Assembly: GCA_002245135.1 (NCBI GenBank)
Contig: NGBS01001173.1
Coordinates: 62,001-126,000 of the forward strand
DNA length: 64,000 nucleotides
Source: Proteromonas lacertae
Lineage: Eukaryota
Direction: 5' to 3'
A program made the position numbers and the translations under genes. The notes beneath the pieces were generated by a model. It saw nothing but the letters and a program-made list of their open reading frames with translations. It was not told where the DNA came from and searched no databases. This document shows, piece by piece, positions 43,028 through 56,784 of this stretch. Numbering within the stretch: the first letter of the stretch is position 1; each line of letters starts with the position of its first letter.

Positions 43028-44224
43028 ATGTTCTCTTCTTGGTTGAACAATCACAAATTTGAGGTATTAATATTTATTTATTTTTAATTTTGTGATTTAG
43101 TTATTGAGTGATAGAAGTAATAATAGGATGTGTAAAATTCGAGATGCATCTAAGAATTCAAAGAGATTGTTGAAAGTGATGAATGTAAGTGAGTTAGATC
43201 CAGATATAGTTGATGAAGTAGTATTAATAATGAATAAAATGAACAATTTGAATATTAGTGGTTTAATGAAGTATAAATTAATCGAAAATGACGAAAATTG
43301 TTTGTATCTAGTGATGAGAGAATATAAAACTCACTTAGATAGAATTAATCCTTTCAAGTATTATGAAGAAAGTGGTTCATTTGAAGTCTTGAAAGGAATT
43401 TTAATGGTATTGAAAAGCTTAAATGAAACAGGAACAATTCACAGTGATTTAAAACCATCCAACATATTTATAACTGATGAAAATGAAATTAAGATAAGTG
43501 ATTATTGTATTAATTTATTATACAAAGGAAGAGAAGGTAAAAAATTTGCAGGAAAGATGGAAGATTTATGTTTTATTTGTTATGATGAATTATTAGGAAA
43601 AGAGTTAGATATAAGTAGTGATATATGGAATTTTGGATTGGTGTTTTACTATATAGAAAGTGGAAAATATCCATTTGTTGGAAAAAATATGTCCGAGACA
43701 TTATTAAATATATTAAATATCAATTATATTCCATTAAGCAGTGAAACTGACAGTGATGGATTAAACAAATTTCTAAGAAAAGTGTTAGTAAAAGAAAAGA
43801 AAGATCGTTTAAAACTAGATAAAATATTGAAGGAATTGAAGAGTATATATAATTGTAAGTTTTATAATTAAATAGGATTAAATGAACCAGAACTTCCAGT
43901 AACTCCTCATGAAGTAGAAGATCTTTTAATTCCACCAATTCCAATTATAATAGGAAGTACAAAAGTTGCTGATTGGATGAGTATATAAATAAATATATAA
44001 TTATTATTATTAACTAGAAAATTGTATTGATTCTAAAATCAGTCAATGTAAAAACTCTAATGAAAATGAGTTGAATTTTGATGGATGTATATATATATAT
44101 AACAGTTATTAAATATTATATAAATAGTGGAAATGAAAGATGAAGAGATGAAGTATTTATTTTCCTCACTTGATACAATGAAGAATATTATAAAAATAGA
44201 TGTGAGTAGTATAATAATAATAAT

Positions 44225-44256
<32 letters not shown>

Positions 44257-44832
44257 TATAGGTCAACAGTTAAGTTCAATTGGATTTACTTTCTTCTCTT
44301 ACAGTCTGAAATTCTTTCCAAATTTAGAGCAATTATTATTAAGTTGGAATTCAATTGGAAATGGTGAAGGTTTTAAACCTTTTTCTGAGAATGTTCATTT
44401 CATTCCTAAATTAAAAGAATTAGTAATGGTCAGTATTATATATATTATTATTATTATTATTATTAAATAGAGTGTGATTTGAGAGATAGTGATATTAAAT
44501 ATTTATCTTCACATTTTGAGGATATTCATAATTTAGAGAGATTAAATTTTTCGAGTATTTTTATAATAATAATAATGTTAATAGATAATAAAATAGGTGA
44601 TTATGGAGTGAAGTGTATATGTGATAGTATTGATGAATTAACAAGATTACAAGATTTACATTTGGAGAATAATGAAGTTGGTGATAAAGGAGGAGAAATA
44701 CTGCTAGAGAATCTTGATAAATATAAAAATTCAAGATGGTTGTATATCCATCACAACAAAATGTCAAATTATGATGATTTCATTGAAAAGATGAGAGAAA
44801 AGTATCCAGACAAAAGTTTAAAGATAATGTAA
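43028..44832 (+). CDS. Pseudokinase plus RNase-inhibitor-type LRR protein
   Basis: ATG at 43028 and a 37-nt intron at 43064-43100. The kinase fold has HSDLKPSN, DYC in place of DFG, DIWNFG and no Gly loop. A Pro-rich linker precedes 28/29-aa LRRs (LEQLLLSWNSIG, LQDLHLENNEVGDKGG). LRR exons of 171 nt (44262-44432) and 84 nt (44471-44554) are bounded by phase-1 introns. Confidence 0.85.
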
Positions 44833-45104
44833 GTAGTTTTTTGTTTTTTATTATTGTTTATTTCATTTAACATTCTTTCTTTAGTGATTTTAATACAATG
44901 CTATTATTCAATTCAGATTAAGTGATCAGTACAATTTATCAAGCGCATTCCGTTGAATGTATAGTAACAGAATCGGAAAGGAAATGAATAAGAAGAAAAG
45001 AAGAAAAAATATACTCAAGCCTTAGTGTAAAAAGCTCGAGATTTTTCAAATAGTTACTTTTTAGTTCTTTTTGTAGTTATATTTAATATTGCTCATTGAA
45101 ATCA

Positions 45105-48100
45105 ATGAATTCACTTTCTAGTTGGTTAAATAAACGCAAATATGAAGTATAATTATCATTTATGTAATGTTTTAAAATTTTAGTTGTTAAATGATAAAAA
45201 TATCAGTAGATTATGTAAAATTCGAGATATTTCAAGCGATTCAAAGAAATTATTGAAAGTAATAAGCCTGAATGAGTTAGATCCAAAATCAGTTGATGAT
45301 GCAGTAACCACCATGAACAATGTGAATAATTTGAATATACCCGGATTGATGAAGTATAAAATAATTGAAAAAGATGGAAACTACTTATATAGAATAATGA
45401 CAGAACATGAAACTCATTTAGATGAAATAAATCCAATAAAATACTTTTCAAATCATGATTCATTTAAAGTAATGAATGGGATACTGACAGTATTGAAGGG
45501 ATTGTATGAAAATGGAACAATTCACAGTGAATTAAAACCATCTAACATATTTTTGAAGGATAAAGATGAGGTAATAATAAATGATTATTGTAACAATTTA
45601 TTATATAAAAGAAGAGAAGGTAAAAGAATATCAAAGATAGAAGATTTATGTTTTACTTGTTTAGATGAGTTAGTTGGAAAAGAACTTGATGTATATAGTG
45701 ATATATGGAACTTTGGTTTAATACTCTATTATATAAAGAGTGGTAAATATGCATTTCGTAGTTTAAATATATTACAAACAATAGACAATATACGAGACAT
45801 AAAATATGTTCCATTAGACTGCGAATATGACAAAGAGTTAAACTCAATTTTGGGTAAAGTGTTATGTAAAGAAAAAAAGAATCGCTTAAAACTTGATCGC
45901 ATAATGACTGAAATACAAAGTATTGATGTTTAATAATTATTATTTAGAATTGAATAAGGCTGAACTTCCAACAGTTCCATTTCAAGTAGAACCAGAAATT
46001 CCTGCAATCCATTTTGATATAGAGAGTGTAGAAGGCTTTGCAGATTTAGAAGAATATAGAAGAGCAATTCTATACTTTAAACGAGCATTGGAATTATCTA
46101 CCACAAATAAAGATAAATCAGATAATAATAACCAAATTGGTATATGTCATTTCAAAATGGTATATATATATATATATATATATATTCTTCTATACAATGG
46201 ATAATTAGAATGAATATAAAGAAGCTATTCCTTACTTCAAAAGTTCGCTAGAGTTTTCAGAATTAGATGATATGAAAAATGTTACTAATAGAAACATAGG
46301 TGAAAGTTATTATGGGATGGTATAGAAATAATACTATAGCTATAATAGAAAGAATTTAAAGAGGCTATTAAATATTATAAAACATCTTTAGAGTATAGTT
46401 CATCAGATGAGATAAAATGTAAGATTAGTAATCGTATTGGTTTATGTCACTTCAATGTTGTATATATACAATATTTAATAATTATAGAAAGAATACGGAG
46501 AGGCAATTCCATATTTTAAAACAGCTTTAGAATATTCATCATCAGACGAAATGAAGTTTGAAAATAACAACCAAATTGCTTCATGCTTTTTTAATTTAGT
46601 ATAATATTAAGATGATATTTACAACATATCTTAGAAAGAGTATTTAGAAGCAATTCCTTACTATAAAGCAACAATAGAGTATTCTTGTTCAGATGATGAA
46701 ATAAAGTCAAATAGTTATAGCATGATTGGTTTATGTTTATTTTTAATGGTATAGAATCAATATATAATTTTGAAATAGAACAAATATGAAGAAGCAATTA
46801 CATATTATAAAAGTGCATTAGAATATTCTTCATCAAATGAGATGAAAGAAGTATTTAGTAAGACTGTAGGTAATTGTTATTATAATTTGGTATACTTAGT
46901 ATTGATTTAAATTCAAATAGGATAATTATGTTGATGCAATTCCATATTATATAAGCGTATTAGAAAAATCTTCATCAGATGATGTAAAAGCAGAAGTTAA
47001 TCAGAATATTGGTAATTGTTATATACAGATGGTATAATAACTTGAATGTAATATTGAATAGGATAAATACAAAGAAGCTATCCCTTATTATAAGTCTGCA
47101 TTAGAAAACTGTTCATCAGATGAAAAGAGAGAAGTTCTTAATCAAAATCTTAGCTTATGCTACTATAATCTTGTATAATAACCAAATCATAATAATAAAT
47201 AGAAAGAATATAAAGAAGCAATTCCATATTTTAAAAACATATTAGAGAATACATCAAAAAATGATGTTAAATCAAATATTAACAATAAAATTGGTTTATG
47301 CTATTTCTATGTTGTATAAATTCATTAAACTATTATTGGATAGAATGAAAGTTCAAATGCAGTTATGTATTATAAGGTTGCTTTAGAGTATTGCTCATCA
47401 AAAAAAATGAAGGAAGTTATTAATCAAAATATCAGTTTGTGTTTATATAAGAACGTATTGAAAATGATATATTCCATTGTATAGAAAGATTTTGAAGAAG
47501 CTATTCCTTATTATAAATATGTAATAGATAATTCTTCATCAGATGATAATAAGATATCCAGTAGCATTCAAATAGCTCTATGTTATTTTAATATGGTATT
47601 TAACACATTGCTATATATAAATAGAAAGAATATATGCAGGCTGTTCCATATTTCAAATATGTATTAGAAAATTCTTCATCAGATGATGATATAAAAGAAA
47701 CATTCAATCAGAATATTGGTAATTGTTATATACAGATGGTATAATAACTTGAATGTAATATTGAATAGGATAAATACAAAGAAGCTATCCCTTATTATAA
47801 GTCTGCATTAGAAAACTGTTCATCAGATGAAAAGAGAGAAGTTCTTAATCAAAATCTTAGCTTATGCTACTATAATCTTGTATAATAACCAAATCATAAT
47901 AATAAATAGAAAGAATATAAAGAAGCAATTCCATATTTTAAATACATAGTGGAGAATTCTAAATCAAATGATATAAAAGAGATATTCAATCAAAATGTTG
48001 CTAATTGTTATTATAATATTGTATAAAAGTCATAATATAATCATTATATAGAAAGAATATAAAGATGCAATTCCTTATTATAAGGCTGCTTCAAAATATT

Positions 48101-48516
48101 GCTCATCAAAAGAAAAGAAAGTATATTGCAACAACCAAATTGGTTCATGTTATTTTGATATGGTATGCATTTAACAAATAATAATTTTAGAAAGAATATT
48201 CTGAGGCAATTCAATACTTTAAAACTTCATTAGAATATTGTTGTTCAAACGACATAAAATCAAGCACAAATAACAAAATTGGTGTATGTTATTTTAATCT
48301 GGTATAAAACACTATATTATCATTTAAATAGGAAAAATATGATGAAGCAATTCCTTACTATAAGGAAGCATTAAAATATTCAACTACAACTCACATGAAT
48401 GAAGTGATTAACCAAAATATAGGAGTCTGTTATCATACTATGGTATAAATAATATAAATAATATATGATTATAGGGTGATTATAATGAAGCGAAAAAATA
48501 CTATAATTTCGAGTAG
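45105..48516 (+). CDS. Pseudokinase plus TPR-array protein (20 exons; 16 internal single-repeat exons)
   Basis: ATG at 45105, introns at 45147-45183 and 45920-45947. The kinase is paralogous to the upstream gene (HSELKPSN, DYC). Then come 16 exons of 111 nt (two of 114 nt), consensus KEYxEAIPYYKxALEYSSSDxxKxxxNxxIGxCYFxM, separated by phase-0 introns. The last exon is 48475-48516. Confidence 0.9.
46999..47942 (+). repeat. Perfect 237-bp direct duplication inside the TPR array (46999-47235 = 47706-47942)
   Basis: The identical sequence includes two introns (gtataataacttgaatgtaatattgaatag and gtataataaccaaatcataataataaatag) and one full exon, at an offset of 707 bp. Confidence 0.9.
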
Positions 48517-48768
48517 TTTGAAGAATTATATCATTCTATAAAATATATTAATAAATTGGTTATTCATATTTCTATGTGATTATATTTCAATTACATAACA
48601 ACACCCTTTTTAATTTCTACTCATTGCATTTTTAACAATTCTAAAATGTTAATGAGAATATATTTTTAAGAAGATATTTGTTTTATTTGTTATGATGAAA
48701 CATATATTCTTATTATTTTTATAACAGATTTATAATAAAATACAAATAAAACATAAAAAATAACAAAA

Positions 48769-51700
48769 TTATTCTATAAACTTCCATATCTCAATCTCAT
48801 TTTCACTTGAAACTATTATATCTTCACCATTTAGATTATATTTTATATTATATATTGGATCATAACCATGATTTATATGACATATTAAATCTATTATTAT
48901 AATAATAAATAGAAATATACCAAATGTCTGTGGGTTTATAACAACAATACATCCATTATAAGTACAAAATGATAAATACATAATCTTATTGTTTTTCAAA
49001 CTAAATCCATAATCCATATCAACTATCCAACTCTCTAAATCGAAACTATATTCTTCATTTCCACTTGAATAATTATATTTTATTAAAACTGGTGGATAGG
49101 CATTACTAGTTAGATAGATTATGTTGTTTTCTATTGGAGAGAATAATCCTAAAGTTGGAGTAGCTGGTCTTTCATTGTTTAACATTATTTTATCACTCTT
49201 TTTATCATTAATTTTAAATATATCAATTGGGCTTGGCTCGTTTTCAATACTAAATATTATTATTATTAAATAAAAAAAATATATATACATTTTCCACACT
49301 GAGATTTGTCTACTTCGACTTGTACATAAGAATATGTTATTATTATTAACATTCACTATACTGGTGTCAATCTCACTATCTTTATTCAACATATATTTAT
49401 CATTTAAATCAATTGTATGACTAGAAAATCGTAGCTTTATATTATTATTATTTTCATTATCATCTTCATATTCTAACATTGTATAACCAATACAACCATC
49501 AATTGTACCAACAATTATTCCACTACTTTTATCATTTACAAAACATACACTACTAATTGGAGTTGTATAAGGCCTCATATGATTCAAATATTGATTAGTA
49601 TATAAATTGTAGAATAATACTCTACCATCATTTAAACCAATGCAAATTGGTATTAATTCATCATCTATCTCATTACTTATATCATAACAACTTATCTCTA
49701 GAATATTTTCATTATTTAAATCTTTTCTTAATTTGATTTCTTCCACTTTTATATTTGTATTACAATCCCAGAAATTCATTACATCTTTATTACAGGTTAT
49801 ATATAATAGATTATTTAAACAGTATTTCAGTTTTAAACCATCAATTTCACATTTGTTAATATATTTTGATAGTTTCTTTTCATTTATATTTAATTCATAG
49901 ATTTCATTATTAGAAGTTCCAATAAAACAAGCATAATTGGTTTCTTCAATTGATATTGCTTTAATATATCCATTTATGGAGATATAGCTACTGTTTGGTT
50001 GACCTTTCATTAGTTTCAATGATTCTCTCATCTTACAGATATATAATCCATCAAATAATCCACTTATATATAGTTTATTATCAATCCAAATCATCTTATT
50101 GATTTCTGCATCTAATGGCCAGTGATTGTAAACTTTACCATGACTATCACATAAGTAGAGAAAGTGGTTCTTCTTACTGATTATAAACTTACGATTTTCA
50201 CTTCTTACTATTTAAATATATCAATAATATATATATACATCTTTTAGGTTTTCTTACTATATAAGTAATTTCACTTTTATCAGTTATTGATTCATATATT
50301 ATATTATGACTTACGATCTCAGGTTTGTCATATTCACTCATTATATCACATATATACAAATCATTATTGATTGAATATAATAGCGTTGTATTCTCTAACC
50401 AAATTATATGATTTACTGCTTTTTCACATTCAAAATTATAGATTTCGCTGGAGATTAGATCGTATATTTCAACTATTCCATTCTCACTTGTAACACACAT
50501 AAATCTTCCACTTTCATTAAAACTCATTTCGTTAATATAGGAAGAGTAATTGTGTTTAGATATAAGGGTGTATTTGTTTTGAGTTAATCGATAGAATAGT
50601 AATATTGAATGACTTTCAGAGAATATATCACATATTACACTTAATGTACAAGCTATATAAAAATATTAATATAAAAGGAAAAAAGATTATATATATATAT
50701 ATATATACAATTTTTACAATATTTGATTGTTCTAACATATCCTTCACAGAGTATTGATATTTGATTTCTTGTTTCTATTTCATGCATAATAATCCTTTGG
50801 TTGATCGTATATAATAATTGATGATATTCACTTAACCATATGATATTATCAACTCCATTACCATTATAACCTAATACATTATGTAACTTTAACTTATTAT
50901 TGATATCTATATCATATTCACCTATACTCTCGAATAGAGTGTTTATTTCATTATTATCTTCATTTTCTTCTTCTTCTTTTTCTATTTCATTATTATCCCA
51001 TTCATATTCAATATTATTATTATCATCATTATATACATCATCTATTGGAAATGATGTTTCTGTGTTATTTCCAGTATGTATTTCAACAGTATTATCCATT
51101 TCATTATCTTTATCATTATAATCTTCTTCTTCTTCTTCTTCTTCTTCATTATCTGTATTAGTTGTATTTGTATTTGTATTTGTATTTAATGATTTACTAC
51201 TAAATATCCCATTCTCTATTTCTACATTTTCATCACTTTCATTGTTATTTATTACACTACTCACAGTTTGAATAGTTGAACTTATATTATCTAAATTATT
51301 ATTATTATTTATTATATTATTAATATTGTTATTATCTTCTACTGAATTTAATTCATTATTATTATTATTATTATTATATTCATTAGGTGGAGGTAATTCA
51401 CTACCACTATAACTTTCTTCACCATTATCAGAATACACTGTACTACTTGTATTATCTGTATTTGTTATTATAATATGATCATTATCATAATCATTCATAG
51501 TTACATCAGGACTCATAACAATTGGTTTAATATCACTTTCACCTTCATTACCATAGAATTCCCAAATATATAAACAATTAGAATCATCAATTGAACTAAT
51601 ATATCTTCCATTATTACTTATTTTAATATCTTTTACTTTACCAGTATGACCTATAAACGATTGATAAGATGCATTTGGACCTCCTGTTTTCAATAGCATA

Positions 51701-54700
51701 TCATGAATACCAATTGACCCATTCTCCGCACCAGTAATGAAATATAATGGTGAAGATATTGTCAAACTACTAACTTTGGGATTATATATAGAATTACAAC
51801 TTCTTATCCTACTTCCATTATCTACATTATAGATATACATCTCATTGTTAGAAAGAATAGTCAATAGCTCTAATCCATGAATAAACTCAATACAATTGAA
51901 TAATAGTTTATTTGTTAAGTTAGATTCGTCTGGAATTATCAAAGTATTCATTTTCCTTTTATTACTATCTGGTGGATAGATATGATTAACGATATTCAAT
52001 GTTATACAGTCATATATAATAATCTCACATCCTTGTGGCACTAATAAACCCAATCTAGTACCTAAATCATTCATTTTCATTGTTGAAGTAATTATACCAA
52101 GTGGTCCTTTTGATTGACTCATTTTTATAGGGTTATAATTATCACTGATATCGTAAATACATATAGCTCCATCTACTGAAGAAGAATACAAATAATGACC
52201 AGAGAAATGATAGATTACAGAGACAACCTTGGAATTATGTTGTTTCATTTGCTTAATAAGTTTTTGCTCATTTATATCAACGATTTTAACCATACCACTT
52301 TCAAATCCAATTGCTACAAAATCTCCATTAGGATGAAAAGCACTACATATTGCTAAATCATATAAATGAGTTGGATTTAATTCTATTAGACTATTATTAT
52401 CATTAATAGATTTGGATTTACTTTTAAACTCTCTTAATTCACAACATGTATTAATATCCCATAATCTTAAAGTTCCATCTTTTGAAGTAGTTAAAATTGT
52501 TTTATTATTTGGACTAAATTGTACAGATAATATTTCATCAGAATGTGAACGTAATAGTGTGATATGTTTATGATTTGATATATTCAATATTCCAATAACT
52601 CCATTTATAGTTCCAATTATTACATCTAATCCATCATTACTTATATCTAATGATGTTATAGCTACATCATGATTTGCTTCTAAGTAGAAGTCACTAAAGT
52701 CCAAAGGCCATACTCTGACATAACCATCATCACTCCCTGTTATACAAAACCCTTCGTTGATTAATATGCTATTAATGCAATCATCATGCAATCTAAATAC
52801 ACATTCTAATGCTTTATTATTACTATTTATCTGTACAACTGTTCCTTTATTGGAAGCTACAAATATTCGTGGTAATATATTATAAGTATCAGACATATCA
52901 AATGTACTTTCAAAGGCAATATCTGTATAGGTTATACCTCTTGCATATTCATTTAATACAACAGGACAACTATGTAATACTTCCATTCCTATTTGATGAT
53001 GTCTTTTGATTCGATATCTTCGCCAAAATCGAATATTTTCATAACCGCAACTAATAACCTGTTCATGTTCATGATTCTCTGGAAATGGACAGAATTTTAT
53101 TCGTTTTACATTTGCTTCGTTATTTTTCTTCACTAAAGGTGGAATAAATCTTTTACTATCAACATTTTCATTCCTTATATCTTCCATTGAGTATAATATG
53201 ATTTCAGTTAATCCTTTTATTCCACTACCTGCAATTACTAAGTAATCACTATTACTACATAAATTCATATCGTATATCTCATTAACAGGTAAATTGAAAG
53301 GTCTCAAGCTGGAGTTTGAAGCTATATCCCAATAGATAAGTGTTGGATTTTTACCACTTTGAACTGTTAAAATAAATTCTCCTTTTTTATCAATTTCTAT
53401 TCTTTTAATTGGCTTAGAATGACGTAATAATATATTTTGTTTTAATGGTATATTTTGGCTATTATTATTATTGTTATCTTTTACATTATCTTCATCGTTA
53501 TTAATGTATCTTTCCATACTCACCAATAGTGGACCAGTTGGATAATAAATCAAAGAACTAGTTGCATTCCATTTAATTATATTGTGATATTGATTATTAA
53601 ACCCAATTGTTGATTTTAAGGACATGATCGGATCTGGCTGTAAAACAGAATGAGACAAGGACTGAGCCAATAAAGCTTGACTGATTTGGGTCTTGGATTG
53701 AGATTGGCTTGATGGATATGAATTTGTAATACTGTTATTATCACTAACAGTTGGTTTATTAACGGATCTATAGAGGGGAGAGACATTCTTTGCTGCTTGT
53801 ATATAGGATTTCAATAATTCATTGGTTTTATTCATTTGTTTTGTTGATCTGAAGGATATTGGCGTTCTTTCTGCTTTTGTACTGATTTTTGATTGATTTA
53901 ATGCTTCTGCTGTTGAAGAAGATGATTTTTCTGTTGTACTTACTGTTGTTGTTGTATCATTCATTTTATTTGACAAATTGTTGTTATTTTCATCATTCTC
54001 TTGTTTATTCTTGGATACTAATTGAGATATTGCATTTTTACCACCCATCATCTCTTCATCATGCTTAACTTCTGGTAACCAACAAAAATCATAATCATCA
54101 TAGAATGTTCGTTTATTTCTAAGTGGAAACTTCATGTCACGAGGTAATGTAATTTCACTGTAAGAGGTATCACTGGTGTAAACTCCTCGAATTACTAATG
54201 TTGCACAAATTTGAATCTATAAAAAAATAATAACATAGATATAAATGATAGATATATACATTTTTAATAGACCAACTCCATTCAATAGAATTGTCTACTG
54301 GATTTAAATCTGAATAATCTTTCACTATTGATAGTAAATCAAGTGATAAAATTGTCCACTTTTCTTTAGGAAATACGAATGGAACCTATATCAATAACAA
54401 AATATGAATAATTACTTGAATAGTGTTAGGATTAGTAAAAGATGGCCTTTTATACATGTTGCTAACTGAAATACGCAGCAATGAAGATGTATCTTTCATT
54501 TTTATTGTTATATGAATGACATATAACTCAGGATCCATTCCTTTACATTCAAAGTAACTACAATAGAAATAGAAATATAATAAATCATACATATATCTTC
54601 CAGTTAAGCCTAATGACTTGCCTTTATCTGGAATAGTAATGGATGTTGAAGCAGATGTGGAACCTTGAAGTGTATAGACTCTCTTACCTATGATTCTATC

Positions 54701-54860
54701 TATTCCTTCAATAACCTTTGAAAATATAAAATCATTAAAAAAATACATCACCACTCTTTTTAGCTTTTACCCAATTGGGTAAGTCAACGTGTTTAAATAT
54801 GTCTACATATGGGTGTTGCCATATATCTGAAGATTTATCTGACAAAATGCTACTATCCAT
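48769..54860 (-). CDS. WDR90: WD-repeat protein 90 / POC16-like centriolar protein (CFAP20-like N-terminal domain plus WD40 propellers)
   Basis: N-terminus IWQHPYVDIFK...SLGLTGRY and LRISVSNMYK; conserved SCGYENIRFWR, TGSDDGYVRVWPLDFSDFYLEANHD and TLLRSH. Exons join by GT-AG introns. Confidence 0.88.
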
Positions 54861-54906
54861 GTTGGTTGATAAGATTTAAGAGATTGAAATTTAAATTCAA
54901 ATTTCA

Positions 54907-54918
54907 AAATCAAGCCAA
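54907..54918. promoter_or_regulatory. Candidate promoter element AAATCAAGCCAA in the WDR90/FOP bidirectional promoter
   Basis: The same or near-identical motif occurs at 7317-7326, 10386-10395, 42936-42947 (reverse strand) and 45014-45021, with TCAAGC at ~56815. All are just upstream of start codons. Confidence 0.5.
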
Positions 54919-54965
54919 AAGTTTGAATTGATATTTAAATTTCTGTTTGTTTTTTCTATTATTTC

Positions 54966-55832
54966 ATGTCTGAAGAAGAAGAAGAAGATATTAGCCAATT
55001 GGAAACCTTAAAATCGTTAGTATCACAAAGACTACGTGAAACTGGTGCATTAGCTGAACTAAAAGTATTTCTTTAATGATATATTGTTTTTAAGGCCAAT
55101 TTGAGATTAGCAATTTATACATCCATTATAAATAAGAGAATTGGAGAACCAGGTCATTTAGAGAATGAAAATATTAAAAAGTTACATAAATCTGAAGATG
55201 ATACTCTTATGATTAAACTTATATATGACTATTTCAAAGAAAAGAATTTAAAATACTGTCAATCAATTTTATTAGCTGAAACTGACTTTCATGTACATTT
55301 TATTGAATTTTATATGTTTGTATAGGAAAACGGTATGAGTGACTTACCAAATAATATTGATTCACTCCAGCCAATACATTCAGATGATAATTCATCGTTA
55401 TTAGTAAAATTAGTTTCTGGAAATCACTCATCAACAACAACAACCCAATCATCATTTTCAAAGAATGAAAATTCTCAACCACCATCTAAAGCTCCATCAA
55501 TTCAAACACCACTAAATGCAGCAGTATCATTGCCTTTACCACAAATTCAAAATAGAAATGAAGTATTATCACCAGAAGAAGAAACTTTTGATGAAGATTT
55601 TGAATCAAACACGTTTGAGAGTTTAGACACAAGAACACCAACAGCAACACCACAAGCTTCATCAAATAATAATGCAATTAGAAAACCAGTCCAAAATCAA
55701 TTATTAGAACAATCTAAAAAAAGTGAAATGAGTATTGAAGATAGTAGTAGTTTAATGATGAGTTTAGAAAGTAGTGTTGATCCTTCAACTATTATGAAGA
55801 AAGGAGATTATGTTGAAGAGGTTGATTCATAA
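54966..55832 (+). CDS. LisH/FOP-family centrosomal protein (CEP43/FGFR1OP-like)
   Basis: Three exons: LKSLVSQRLRETGALAELK|ANLRLAIY (FOP dimerisation), LIYDYFKEKNLKYCQSILLAET (LisH), and C-terminal DYVEEV. Confidence 0.7.
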
Positions 55833-55908
55833 AAAAAAGAAAAGCAATTAACAGAATTGAATTTTTTTATTGCTTTATTATTTTAATTACATAAATTATT
55901 ATTATTAA

Positions 55909-56784
55909 TTAATTAAATATATCATCACCAAGATCTTTAGCTAATTTGTTGTGTTGAGAATCACTTATTTCTATACGATGAGCATTATTCTTTAGATTTC
56001 TCACCATTTTGATATATTCTATATCTAACATAAATTGACCTTCACGAGGATCAATTAGAGATATTGAAAACTATTAAATATCTTATAATTATTGAATATA
56101 CGGAATCTACTCTTCTTGCATCTAATAATTTCTGATTTTCTTTTATATATCCATAACCAGTCAACATAAAGTCTTTAAATGGCAACTACAAATGTAAATC
56201 AAGTAATATAATATATACTCCAATATTAAACCATTTATTCTCTGGTAGGTATATATATCCTTGATACAGGTCGTTTGTTATTACACTTGACGGTTTTATA
56301 CATACCATATATCCTCTACCCTTTGTTCTTAATCTCATTTCTATTCCTTTATATTGAGACCAATCATCATATGGTCGAAACTATTTTTATTAATTATTGA
56401 TATAGATAATACGGTTAATTTCATTGCTGAAAAACATTTAGAAGGTGCAGAACTTGATTGATTTAATCTCAAATGTCCTGCAAAACGAGCTATTCATAAA
56501 ATTCACAGATAGATATACCATATCTTTTACCATTTTCTTCCATTAACGACAATGAACACTGACTATTTCCACCAAACATTTGATCTGTAAGCAATTCAAA
56601 TTGGTCTATATCTTCTGTATCGTTAAATGTTATATTTAAATCTTCTAATTCACCTGATCTCATAAATTGAAAATCTAAAATATAATTTATTGATTATACT
56701 ATTCAAAAATGGTTTAATTGCAAGTGACATTCGTTTTTTAATATCATTTTTCCAAAATGTTTGTAAGCCTTTGAAGAATGACAT
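55909..56784 (-). CDS. NDUFAF1: Complex I assembly factor CIA30/NDUFAF1-like
   Basis: Missed by the ORF track (6 exons). Spliced motifs TDQMFGGNSQC, ARFAGHL, DWSQYKGIEMRLRTKGRGY, LPFKDFMLTGYG and EGQFMLDIEYIK match the CIA30 family. Confidence 0.8.

Noticed and set aside
44209..44261. (TA)n and (AAT)n microsatellites (also 34283-34302, 46161-46185, 50690-50706)
   Set aside because: These are ordinary slippage expansions inside introns that only lengthen them.
48511..48545. Possible fifth stop-skip at the end of the TPR gene (GAG-T-AGT-TTG-AAG giving SLKNYIIL*)
   Set aside because: It adds only 8 residues and is one residue out of register with the repeat consensus; normal termination is sufficient.
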